Of a stretch of 64,000 bases of DNA, positions 40,410 through 49,413 are shown piece after piece. The notes beneath the pieces are model-generated. The model made no database searches. It was not told the origin of the DNA and saw only the letters and a program-made list of their open reading frames with translations. Both the position numbers and the translations under genes were made by a program. Position 1 is the stretch's first letter. Each line of letters begins with the position of its first letter. Source of the stretch: a virus (taxonomy: Duplodnaviria > Caudoviricetes). The stretch covers positions 1 to 64,000 of the IMG/VR virus record IMGVR_UViG_3300032226_000551. One strand, given 5' to 3'.

Positions 40410-40907
40410 CTACTTATTCATATTTTTTAATTTGTCAAGTACTTTTAATAAAAATTCTTCATCATCTCCAGTAGGATTAAGACAAGGAAAGTCTAAAAAT
40501 TTTCCAGATGTATTTAAAAATAATTTTTTATCAGTTTTTAATTCTATAAAATTCGGTAAATTCTTTTTACAAATTTTTTTACATATTTTTAATATTTTTA
40601 ATGGATCAGTAAAAAAAGAATGCCATTCTCTTGTTTCATTTGAATTAAAAAGAAATGATATTATTTTACAATTGTTATCATTTGCTATTTTTATAAAATT
40701 ATCTAATTCCGATTGTAATTTGGTTTGTATTAATTCTTTTATTAAAATATTACTACAATTAACCATTCCATTTTTTAAAAGATCCCAATCATAAACAAAA
40801 TCTAATACATGAACCGATAATTCATCTATATAGTTTGAAATATCAAAAATTAATATATTTTCTTTTAAATAATATAAAAAGTATTTTTTAACTTTTTTTT
40901 CGTTCAC
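40410..40907 (-). CDS. Hypothetical protein
   Basis: 165 aa; last gene of a coupled minus-strand run. Confidence 0.65.
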   Translation of the reverse strand: MNEKKVKKYFLYYLKENILIFDISNYIDELSVHVLDFVYDWDLLKNGMVNCSNILIKELIQTKLQSELDNFIKIANDNNCKIISFLFNSNETREWHSFFTDPLKILKICKKICKKNLPNFIELKTDKKLFLNTSGKFLDFPCLNPTGDDEEFLLKVLDKLKNMNK

Positions 40908-41430
40908 AACTATCTATAATAGCATCAATTAAAATTTCTTCCACTATTTCGTTAGGTAAAAATGTGTTTGCTCTATTTATAGTTTTGCTGATTTCTTGAT
41001 ATTGCTCAATCAGTCGTTTTTTTATGTTGTTTGCTTCTACATATTGTTCTTTATTCAAAGAACTAAAAGTAGGTTTACTTTGTAATTCAAAAGCTTCTAA
41101 TAGAGGTTCTCCTGAATTTGAAATTATTTCTGATAATCTTTTATAAAATCTACTTAAAGGAGTGAATTGTTTTGATGTAGAAAAACCTTTAAGTTTTTCA
41201 TACAAATAAGATAAAACACATGACTTTTTAGTTTGTTCATGAACTCTATTTAAAAATTCTGGTGATTTAACATGATTTTTACCATAAGGATTGTATATAC
41301 AACCGCTTCCCACATATTTTGAATTACAATATATGCATCTATCAGGAGAATCCATATGAACATGTGTATTGGTGGGAGAAAAAATACATCCCTTTCCATA
41401 AGATTTAGAATCGCAATAAATACATTTCAT
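40888..41430 (-). CDS. Protein with two tandem CxxC-x8-C...H Zn-finger-like repeats
   Basis: CIYCDSKSYGKGCIFSPTNTHVH and CIYCNSKYVGSGCIYNPYGKNHV. Confidence 0.7.
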   Translation of the reverse strand: MKCIYCDSKSYGKGCIFSPTNTHVHMDSPDRCIYCNSKYVGSGCIYNPYGKNHVKSPEFLNRVHEQTKKSCVLSYLYEKLKGFSTSKQFTPLSRFYKRLSEIISNSGEPLLEAFELQSKPTFSSLNKEQYVEANNIKKRLIEQYQEISKTINRANTFLPNEIVEEILIDAIIDSCERKKS

Positions 41431-41431
41431 A

Positions 41432-41872
41432 TTATATAATTACTTTATTTTTAAAATTATCCAACTCTTGTTTAGGTGCATTTCCGATTCTTACATTTAT
41501 TATACCGTTGTAAAAATCATTTCTTAAAAGAACATCATTTTCAATTTGTTCTTTTATTTCATAATAAGCCAATGCCCACTTTGAACCACATGTTCTTATA
41601 ATTTCAAATTTAAAATTTTCTTTTCCATACTTTTTAATATCATCATTCAATTCATTAGATGAACTAGTATATGTTTTCCAATCTGATTCTTTAAAACATA
41701 TACGTTTTCTGGTTTTACCTTTCAGTGGTTGTCTTTTAATTTTTGAAATACATTGTTTCTTACCTATATATTTTTTATTTGTTAAATTGTTTGTTATCAA
41801 ATATAGAAATCCAAAGGTTTCTTCATTTATATTAACATTTTCTCGTAAAATCCAATGCCCTATATCATTCAT
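41432..41872 (-). CDS. GIY-YIG endonuclease (EndoII/DenA-like)
   Basis: GFLYLITN...KYIGKK, ESDWKTYTSSS, FYNGII. Confidence 0.88.
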   Translation of the reverse strand: MNDIGHWILRENVNINEETFGFLYLITNNLTNKKYIGKKQCISKIKRQPLKGKTRKRICFKESDWKTYTSSSNELNDDIKKYGKENFKFEIIRTCGSKWALAYYEIKEQIENDVLLRNDFYNGIINVRIGNAPKQELDNFKNKVII

Positions 41873-42099
41873 TTATTTTTATTTTTCTTATTTTTCTTAG
41901 TTAAAAGTTCAGGAAATTTTCTTTTTATAACTTTTTTACCTAACAATTTAGGAGTTCTCATGTCTTTAGTAGCATAATTATCATTATTTTTAATATCAGA
42001 TGGTGGATTATATAAAGGTTCTAATGATTGACCCAATACACCGCTAACTGTATTATTTTCTAATATTTTAATTATAGTTTGTTGAAATTTATTAAACAT
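41869..42099 (-). CDS. Small basic hypothetical protein
   Basis: MFNKFQQTIIKILEN; coupled to GIY-YIG gene. Confidence 0.65.
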   Translation of the reverse strand: MFNKFQQTIIKILENNTVSGVLGQSLEPLYNPPSDIKNNDNYATKDMRTPKLLGKKVIKRKFPELLTKKNKKNKNK

Positions 42100-42122
42100 A
42101 ATATATAATTTAATTAATACTT

Positions 42123-42521
42123 ATGGATTTTTTTGAAAAATATAGATTAGAAATAAACGAAGATGTTAAAATCGATCAATTAAATTTATTGGAGCGTGAA
42201 ATGCAGCATCCAGCCATACGTCACAAATGGGTTTCTAGGTTAATTCAACATAAAAAAAACAAAACTGAATTAGAAAGAAAGAAAAAAACTTTAAAACAAG
42301 AAGTATTAAAAAATATAACAGAAAAAGGAATTCCAACCGGAATTCCTAAAACTGCTATAGACAATAAAGTAGAATCATCAGAAGTGATTCAAAAAATAAA
42401 TCAAGAAATAGAAGATATTACGTTGTTAATTGATTATTTAGAAAGAGTGGAAAAGGTATTTTCGTCTATGAGTTATGATTTTGGGTCTATTAACAATACT
42501 ATTAAAATGGAAATGACATGA
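42123..42521 (+). CDS. uvsY: Recombination mediator UvsY-like
   Basis: EDVKIDQLNL...P..RHKW...IDYLE; upstream of uvsW. Confidence 0.8.
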   Translation: MDFFEKYRLEINEDVKIDQLNLLEREMQHPAIRHKWVSRLIQHKKNKTELERKKKTLKQEVLKNITEKGIPTGIPKTAIDNKVESSEVIQKINQEIEDITLLIDYLERVEKVFSSMSYDFGSINNTIKMEMT

Positions 42522-42537
42522 TTTTTTTATTAAAAAA

Positions 42538-42545
42538 TATAAATA
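42538..42545 (+). promoter_or_regulatory. Late promoter TATAAATA for HNH cassette
   Basis: Exact consensus just after uvsY stop. Confidence 0.7.
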
Positions 42546-42549
42546 TAAA

Positions 42550-42625
42550 GAATAACAAGAGTAAGAATATTTTGGCTGAAAACAAAATATTCGACTGGAA
42601 TAATACAGTTTGTCCTCTTGTATTC
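42550..42625 (+). ncRNA. Predicted three-way-junction RNA leader of HNH gene
   Basis: GAATAACAAGAG/CTCTTGTATTC encloses GAATATTTTG/CAAAATATTC and ACTG/CAGT stems. Confidence 0.55.
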
Positions 42626-42634
42626 GGAATAATT

Positions 42635-43276
42635 ATGAAAAATTTAAAAGAAAACAATCAAATTTTATCTTTGGATGAAATAAAAAAACAGAAAAAGAAA
42701 GAATATTTTCAAAAAAACAAAAAAATAATAAACGAAAAGAAAAAACAATATCGTATTAAAAATAGAGATTTACATTTACAGCAATGTAAAAAATATAGAG
42801 AAAAAAACAAAGAACGTTTAAAAGAATATCATAAAAATTATAGAAAAATACATGGTGTATCTATGTATTTGAGAGAACAAAAAAATAAAAAAGAAAACTC
42901 AGATAGAGTTAAAAAATATTATAAAAAATATGTAAAAAAAAGAATTTTAAACGATGTAAATTTTAAAATTTCTTTAACCTTGAGAATATCTATAAACAAG
43001 GCATTACATAATAAAAAAATAATAAAGTCAAAAAAAACATTAGATTTATTGGGATGTTCTTTACAGGTTTTTAAAAAACATATAGAAACACAGTTTAAAG
43101 ACGGTATGTCTTGGGATAATCATGGTAAATTTGGTTGGCACATAGATCATATTAAACCAGTATCTTCATTTAATCTTATAAATGAAGATGAACAAAAAAA
43201 ATGTTTTAATTATAAAAATATGCAATCTTTATGGTGGAACGAAAACCTATCTAAAGGAAACAAAAATATATGGTAA
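42635..43276 (+). mobile_element. Free-standing HNH homing endonuclease inserted between uvsY and uvsW
   Basis: Lys-rich helical repeats, LLGCS...QFKDGMSWDNHG...WHIDHIKP...ENLSKGNK. Confidence 0.85.
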
Positions 43277-44691
43277 AAATAGAATATTCTGGTAAATCTA
43301 AACAACAATTACAATTGAATTGTAATACTATTGTTTTGAACAGAATAAGAGAATATTTTTCCGCTCCAAATCCTGCTTTTAGAAGAAATTCAAGATTCTC
43401 ACAGCCTAGAATCTATGCCATCACACCATCAGGTAAATTTGAGTCTGGTTTATTGAATAATATCATATTATATTTTGATGTTAATCAAATTAAGTTTGAA
43501 ATCAACGATGATGTGTTAAAAGATCACAAAAACGGTTTCTCCTCCCCCAAATTAAAGAAATTCGATTTGGTTTACAGAGATCATCAAGAAAAATCTATAA
43601 TCAAATCACTAGAATCTGGAAAAGGTGTTGTAATAATTCCAACAGCAGGTGGTAAAACATTAATAATGGCTGGTTTGATAGAATCATTAAGAGAAAATCT
43701 TAATGATAATGATGCTTTAACATTGGTTATGGTTCCCACTATTCAATTGGTAGAGCAAACTTGTTCTGATTTCATATCATATGGAATGAACAAAGTAACA
43801 AAATGGTCCGGTAATAACAAACCAGATCCAGATGCAACTACAATAGTGGCAGGTACTCAAATATTGATGTCTGATAATACAGATTTGTCTATTTTAGATG
43901 ATGTCAAAATACTAATGATAGATGAATGTCATGGATTAAAAAAGGACAACGAAATAAATAAAATTTTAAAATTTATAAAAACCAATTTTAAATATGGTTT
44001 TACCGGAACGATGCCATCTACAAAGATTGATGAATGGAATATCATCGGAAAACTTGGTCCAATAGTATATCAAGAAAAAACAGAAGATTTAAGAAATAAA
44101 AAGTATATATCAAATTTTAAAATAGTTATCTTGAATGTTATTCATAAAAATATACCTACATTTTCTTTAAATTTTAGTAAACCCGCAGAAGCATATCAAA
44201 GTGAAATGGACTTTCTTCTACAATCAGAAAGAAGAAATGAAATTATTTGTAAATTAGCGGATAAATTAACTAATAATACGATTATAATGGTTGATAGAAT
44301 AGATCATGGAATCAATATTATTGATATTTTAAGTAAAATAACAAAAAAACAATTCTATTTCATTAGAGGGTCTACCGAAATAGAGGAAAGAGAACAAATA
44401 AGATCATTGATGGACGTAAAAAATGATGTTATAGTTGTAGCTATATCTAAAATTTTTAGTACTGGTATAAATATACCCAATTTACACAATATAATTTTTG
44501 CATCTGCTGGAAAAGCCAAAATCAAAATAATGCAATCAATAGGTAGAGCATTGAGATTACATCCAACTAAAACCATGGCAAATATATTCGATATTTCGGA
44601 TAATACCAAATATGGAAAAAAGCATGTAAAAGAAAGAAAGAACCTTTACGATTCGGAGAAATTTAATTATGAAGAAAAAACTATACAATGA
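43270..44691 (+). CDS. uvsW: UvsW-like SF2 helicase
   Basis: PTAGGKT, DECH, GFTGT, STGINIPNLH, QSIGRALR. Confidence 0.93.
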   Translation: MVKIEYSGKSKQQLQLNCNTIVLNRIREYFSAPNPAFRRNSRFSQPRIYAITPSGKFESGLLNNIILYFDVNQIKFEINDDVLKDHKNGFSSPKLKKFDLVYRDHQEKSIIKSLESGKGVVIIPTAGGKTLIMAGLIESLRENLNDNDALTLVMVPTIQLVEQTCSDFISYGMNKVTKWSGNNKPDPDATTIVAGTQILMSDNTDLSILDDVKILMIDECHGLKKDNEINKILKFIKTNFKYGFTGTMPSTKIDEWNIIGKLGPIVYQEKTEDLRNKKYISNFKIVILNVIHKNIPTFSLNFSKPAEAYQSEMDFLLQSERRNEIICKLADKLTNNTIIMVDRIDHGINIIDILSKITKKQFYFIRGSTEIEEREQIRSLMDVKNDVIVVAISKIFSTGINIPNLHNIIFASAGKAKIKIMQSIGRALRLHPTKTMANIFDISDNTKYGKKHVKERKNLYDSEKFNYEEKTIQ

Positions 44692-45271
44692 AGAAGATTT
44701 AATAGATGATTTAGAAGATGATTTAGAAGAAGAAATCGTTTTGGATGAAAGTGAATCCGAAGATATTGATTCTGATGAAGAAATTTCTGATGAAATTTTA
44801 CTGGATGATGATATCATATCTTTAGATGATGTCATTAAACCAAAAAGAAGAAAAAGAGGAGCGAAAAAAGAAGAATTTTACGTTGAACCGAAAAAATTTG
44901 ACGAAGAGATTTTAAATTATTATGATACTGGTGTTCTAACAAATGAATTAGCCGATATGGTTAGTAAAATAGCTCATAAATTAAGTTATGCTTCAAATTT
45001 TATAAATTACACATATCGTGAAGATATGGTTGGTGATGCTTTAATTAGAATGTTTAAGGCATTGATGTCAAAAAAATATGATAGAGTAAAGGGAACAAAT
45101 CCTTTCTCATATTTTACCAGAATTGCATTTAATGCTTTTAGAAACAGAATCAAAAAAGAAAAACATATCAATGAAACACATTTAAAATACCAAGAAGAGA
45201 TTATGTTTATGTCCGAAAATCAAAGTCTTTATAAAAACAAAAAAAATATATACGGTAATGATCAAAAATAA
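44669..45271 (+). CDS. gp55: Late-transcription sigma factor (T4 gp55-like) with acidic N-terminal extension
   Basis: LSYASNFINYTYREDMVGDA...NPFSYFTRIAFNAFRNRIKKEK. Confidence 0.92.
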   Translation: MKKKLYNEEDLIDDLEDDLEEEIVLDESESEDIDSDEEISDEILLDDDIISLDDVIKPKRRKRGAKKEEFYVEPKKFDEEILNYYDTGVLTNELADMVSKIAHKLSYASNFINYTYREDMVGDALIRMFKALMSKKYDRVKGTNPFSYFTRIAFNAFRNRIKKEKHINETHLKYQEEIMFMSENQSLYKNKKNIYGNDQK

Positions 45272-46295
45272 TAAAGTTGGATTATTCACAGATATTCACA
45301 TTGGTTTGTTTCAAGATAGTCCTGTTTGGCATGATATAGTTTTAAACTTTGCTAAATGGTCTGCTAATGAGTTTTTAAACAAGGGAATTGATGACATTAT
45401 TATATGCGGAGACATATTTCACAACAGGTCAGAAATATCGGTGGCAACATTGGACATAGCTAAGAGATTTTTTGATTATTTTAAAGATTTTCAAATATAC
45501 ATATTGGCAGGAAATCATGATAGTTATTTTAAAGATAACAGTACGGTAAATTCAATATCGATTTTTGATGGTTGGAATAACATAAAAATAGTAGATAAAG
45601 AACCGAAACAAATAAAACTCAAAGATAAAACCGCCGCATTGGTTCCTTGGGGTACAACATATCAAGATATACCAAACAGTGATATAATTTTTGGACATTT
45701 TGAGATTTCATCGTTTTACATGAATACATATAAAGTATGTGAACATGGAATGCAGTCGAGTGATCTGTTTAAGAAGTCCAAAACTATTGTATCTGGACAT
45801 TTTCACAAAAAAGATCATCGCAAATATGAAAACGGTGAAATAGTTTATTTGGGAAGTCCATATCAGCAGAATTTTGGAGATACGATGGATCAACGTGGAA
45901 TCTATATCTATGATATAGACAATAATGAATTTGAATTTATTGAAAATGATATATCACCAAAATATTTTAAACTATCTGTTAGTAAAATATTGAGTAATTC
46001 GGATGATATTAAAAATAAAATAGAAAATAACCATGTTAGCTTGGTTGTAGATTGTGAAATAGACTACGAAAACCTCAATTTACTAAGCTCAAAGCTTCAA
46101 AAACACTCGCCAGTAAATTTTAGAATAGATTATCAAGATGTAGAAACAAAAAATGACACCAAAATAGTGGAAAAAAATTTAGAATTTGTTAATATATTAG
46201 ATGATATGGAATTTTATATCAATAATATTGATATAAAAAATAAAAAAGAAGTTTTAGAATATATAAAGGAAATTTACACTCTCAAAAATACATGA
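45258..46295 (+). CDS. gp47: Recombination nuclease (T4 gp47/Mre11/SbcD)
   Basis: DIHIG, GDIFH, GNHD, GHFH, YLGSPY. Confidence 0.95.
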   Translation: MIKNNKVGLFTDIHIGLFQDSPVWHDIVLNFAKWSANEFLNKGIDDIIICGDIFHNRSEISVATLDIAKRFFDYFKDFQIYILAGNHDSYFKDNSTVNSISIFDGWNNIKIVDKEPKQIKLKDKTAALVPWGTTYQDIPNSDIIFGHFEISSFYMNTYKVCEHGMQSSDLFKKSKTIVSGHFHKKDHRKYENGEIVYLGSPYQQNFGDTMDQRGIYIYDIDNNEFEFIENDISPKYFKLSVSKILSNSDDIKNKIENNHVSLVVDCEIDYENLNLLSSKLQKHSPVNFRIDYQDVETKNDTKIVEKNLEFVNILDDMEFYINNIDIKNKKEVLEYIKEIYTLKNT

Positions 46296-47077
46296 ACAAT
46301 AACGAAATAGGAATAGGAATAATTGATGTTTATTCGGATGAAGATTTACAAAATTGTATTTCTTCTATACCACAAGAATTTAAAGATAATATTGTAACAG
46401 TTTCAAATAAACGGAAACCTTCAATAGTTTGTAATAGACACTATTCTAATGATATACCATTTGCTACACTTAGAAATTATCTATTAACACAATTAAGAAT
46501 CAAAGGATTTAAATATTATTTTATTTTAAATTCAAATATTAAAATAAAAAATCCTGATATATTCAATAATACAATAAAACTTGCCAATACCTTTGGCACT
46601 TGGTTTATTACAGGACATGGCGATAAAAATGTAACACTAGAAGACGATTCAAACAACTTGTCTTTGAATATTAGTCCAACATTGAATACAAATTTTATAT
46701 TTTTATACTCTGGTATAATTAAAAATTTTGGTTTCTTTGACGAAAGATTTTTTGATACAAAAGATTTGGATGTTTTAGATTATATATTAAAACTTAGAAG
46801 AAAAGAAGTATATCCCCCGAATCATTATAACCCAACAATCGATTCTTCTGATGTTGAAGAATCTTCATCCGAAATCGAAAAAATAAATTTTAAAGATTTT
46901 AGCACAATTCAAAAAAATAATGGAAATATGCAAAAATCATTGGAAATGACTTTTGCATATTTCTATCATGAACACAAATATATACCAAATCAAAATGATC
47001 CAGTTGGTGTAACTCAAGATGAATTGTTTAAATTCATGGAAAAATTACAAGCGCAATATGGAAACAGTCAAAAATAA
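46292..47077 (+). CDS. Degenerate GT2-like glycosyltransferase paralogue
   Basis: Aligns by eye to next two genes but has NSN in place of EDD. Confidence 0.65.
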   Translation: MNNNEIGIGIIDVYSDEDLQNCISSIPQEFKDNIVTVSNKRKPSIVCNRHYSNDIPFATLRNYLLTQLRIKGFKYYFILNSNIKIKNPDIFNNTIKLANTFGTWFITGHGDKNVTLEDDSNNLSLNISPTLNTNFIFLYSGIIKNFGFFDERFFDTKDLDVLDYILKLRRKEVYPPNHYNPTIDSSDVEESSSEIEKINFKDFSTIQKNNGNMQKSLEMTFAYFYHEHKYIPNQNDPVGVTQDELFKFMEKLQAQYGNSQK

Positions 47078-47882
47078 AATTGGTTGCGCTTTAATAACCT
47101 GTGACAGATTGGATTTTTATAAAAAATCCTGTGGTTCTTTGTTAAACTCTATTAAAGATAAAAACATAGAGTGTGTTGTAGTAAACGATGGTATCGAGAA
47201 AATAAAAGAATGTGAATGTTCTTATATAGAAACTACTGGAAAGTGTGGTGTTTCTGTTGCTAAAAATAAAGGATTGGATTTTTTAATTAAAAGCGGATGC
47301 GAACATATATTCTTAATGGAAGACGATATTCAAATTACAAATGGAGAAGTTTTCCAAGCATACATTGATGCATCCAAAAAAACCGGAATAAAACATTTTA
47401 ACTATGCCTTACATGGTAATCACAATTTAAACCGCTTTGGAGAACCAGATATAAGAAAAACTGTAAAATACCCAAACGGAATAGAGGTTGATCTATATAG
47501 TAATGTTTTGGGAGCATTTAGTTATTATCATATCGATGTATTAAACGGTATAGGACTATTTGATGAAGGCTATTATAACGCAATGGAGCATGTTAAGCAT
47601 ACCTATGATGCATCATTAAAGGGTTATACTACGCCTTGGAGATGGTTTGTTGATATACATAATTCATCCACTTATTTGAAAGACATTGTACCCGATCATC
47701 AGCAATCTAAAATAAGAAACGATTCAGATTTTCAAAATACTTTTAAAAAAGGTTTGGATAGGTTTATCGAACAAACCGGATTTAGTGTGGTGCATGGATA
47801 TGGTAAATCGGAACCAATTATATCAGAAGAAGAATGTTTAAAGAATTTAAGAGAAATATGGAAAAAATATCATCAGGAATAG
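47058..47882 (+). CDS. GT2-family glycosyltransferase
   Basis: ITCDR, VVNDG, GVSVAKN, FLMEDD, GLFDEGY. Confidence 0.88.
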   Translation: METVKNKIGCALITCDRLDFYKKSCGSLLNSIKDKNIECVVVNDGIEKIKECECSYIETTGKCGVSVAKNKGLDFLIKSGCEHIFLMEDDIQITNGEVFQAYIDASKKTGIKHFNYALHGNHNLNRFGEPDIRKTVKYPNGIEVDLYSNVLGAFSYYHIDVLNGIGLFDEGYYNAMEHVKHTYDASLKGYTTPWRWFVDIHNSSTYLKDIVPDHQQSKIRNDSDFQNTFKKGLDRFIEQTGFSVVHGYGKSEPIISEEECLKNLREIWKKYHQE

Positions 47883-49336
47883 GTGTTGCAATTATAACAT
47901 ATAATAGACCCGACTATTATAAAAGGGTATTAGAATCGATACCTAGAAATATGATAGACTTCTTGGTTGTTGTGAATGACGGTTACGACATTTATACAAA
48001 AGATAACGATGCGGAAATTGTAATTCAAACTAACAAGCAAATGGGTGTTGCTGTTTCAAAGAACTATGCAATCAAAGTGTTGGTGGAGAAATTTAATTGC
48101 GAGCATATCTTCTTAATAGAAGACGATATCATAATAAAAAGACCTGATGTGTTTGAAGCATATATAAAAGCTGCAAATTCAACAGGGATTCATCATTTGT
48201 GTTATGAAAAGGTTGCAGGAAACGAAAAGTCCTTGAAATATACATTAGAACAACCGGATGGTGTTAAATTGGGCTTTTATCACAATCCTCAAGGTGCTTT
48301 TATGTATGTAAATGCGAATATTCTTAAAAAAATAGGATATTTTGATGAAAATTATGTAAATGCGTTTGAACATATAGATTTTGCTTATTCTTTGATACAA
48401 AAAAACGTAGCTCCCCCATTTTGGTATTTTCCTGATCTGCTAAACAGTGAAGATTATATAACAGATATAGAAGGAAGTAATCAAAATTCATCAATAACCA
48501 ATAAAGAGGGATATAATCATAATTGGCAAAGATCCGCTCAATATTTTATAAAAAAATGGGGGAAATTTACAAACGAAATTATAGATGAAGGTATAGATAA
48601 TTTAAAAAACAATATAATTTTCTTACAAACAAATTATAGCAGGAAGAAAAATGTCAATAAGAATCAAAAATTGACCATTGTTGTTCCATATAGAGATAGA
48701 AAGGTAGCATTGGATATATTAATACCGAATTTGATAGGTTATGTTGGAAAACAAGTGGAAAATTATGAAATTATCGTTGTAGAACAAGATGATAACAACC
48801 CTTTTAATAAAGGAAAATTGAACAATATAGGATTTAAACTTAAATCGGAAGATTCTACGTATGTATGTTTTCATGACGTAGACTTAATTCCTGAATTTTC
48901 TGATTATAGTTATCCAGAAAGACCATCACATTTAAGTAGTCATTGTAGCCAGTTTGCATACATTAATATACCAGACAAAATAATGGGGGGTGTAATAACG
49001 TTTAAAAATGAACATTACGAACAAGTAAACGGTTTTAGTAATGAATATGAAGGATGGGGAAAAGAAGACGATGATTTATATTTAAGATGCGAAAGAGATA
49101 ATATAATACCATATAAACATCCATTTGGTAGATATTTTAGCGTTCCGCACAAGTTGAGACTGTCGGACGATAATGAAAAGGAAATGCATAAAATAAATGG
49201 TAAAAGATATACAGAATTTTCAGAAGGAAAAATTGATATAAAAAATGATGGAATAAATACAATATCGAATTATAAAATAAATGAGGTGATTAATATAAAT
49301 CCATTTACAAAACATTATAAAATTAAATATGCATAA
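47858..49336 (+). CDS. Two-domain glycosyltransferase: GT2 plus GT7 (beta-1,4-galactosyltransferase-like)
   Basis: N: ITYNR, LIEDD; C: IVVPYRDR, FNKGKLNNIG, FHDVD, NGFSNEYEGWGKEDDD. Confidence 0.9.
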   Translation: MEKISSGIGVAIITYNRPDYYKRVLESIPRNMIDFLVVVNDGYDIYTKDNDAEIVIQTNKQMGVAVSKNYAIKVLVEKFNCEHIFLIEDDIIIKRPDVFEAYIKAANSTGIHHLCYEKVAGNEKSLKYTLEQPDGVKLGFYHNPQGAFMYVNANILKKIGYFDENYVNAFEHIDFAYSLIQKNVAPPFWYFPDLLNSEDYITDIEGSNQNSSITNKEGYNHNWQRSAQYFIKKWGKFTNEIIDEGIDNLKNNIIFLQTNYSRKKNVNKNQKLTIVVPYRDRKVALDILIPNLIGYVGKQVENYEIIVVEQDDNNPFNKGKLNNIGFKLKSEDSTYVCFHDVDLIPEFSDYSYPERPSHLSSHCSQFAYINIPDKIMGGVITFKNEHYEQVNGFSNEYEGWGKEDDDLYLRCERDNIIPYKHPFGRYFSVPHKLRLSDDNEKEMHKINGKRYTEFSEGKIDIKNDGINTISNYKINEVININPFTKHYKIKYA

Positions 49337-49413
49337 AAAATACAATTTCACTATAGATTATTCGATTAAAGATGTTAATTTTGATAAATGAATAATGTTT
49401 TTTTAAAAGATAT

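Noticed and set aside
40410-40907. Possible degenerate PIN/RNase H-like fold (ILIFDISN)
   Set aside because: One weak motif only; other catalytic acids not identifiable
42550-42625. Hammerhead or hairpin ribozyme reading of the three-way junction
   Set aside because: CTGAAAA lies in a terminal loop, no CUGAnGA/GAAA core in the junction, and hairpin-ribozyme loop A/B consensus is absent
42518-42634. N-terminal 39 codons of the listed HNH ORF
   Set aside because: Overlap a late promoter and structured leader; ATG 42635 is preferred, though coupling from uvsY is not excluded
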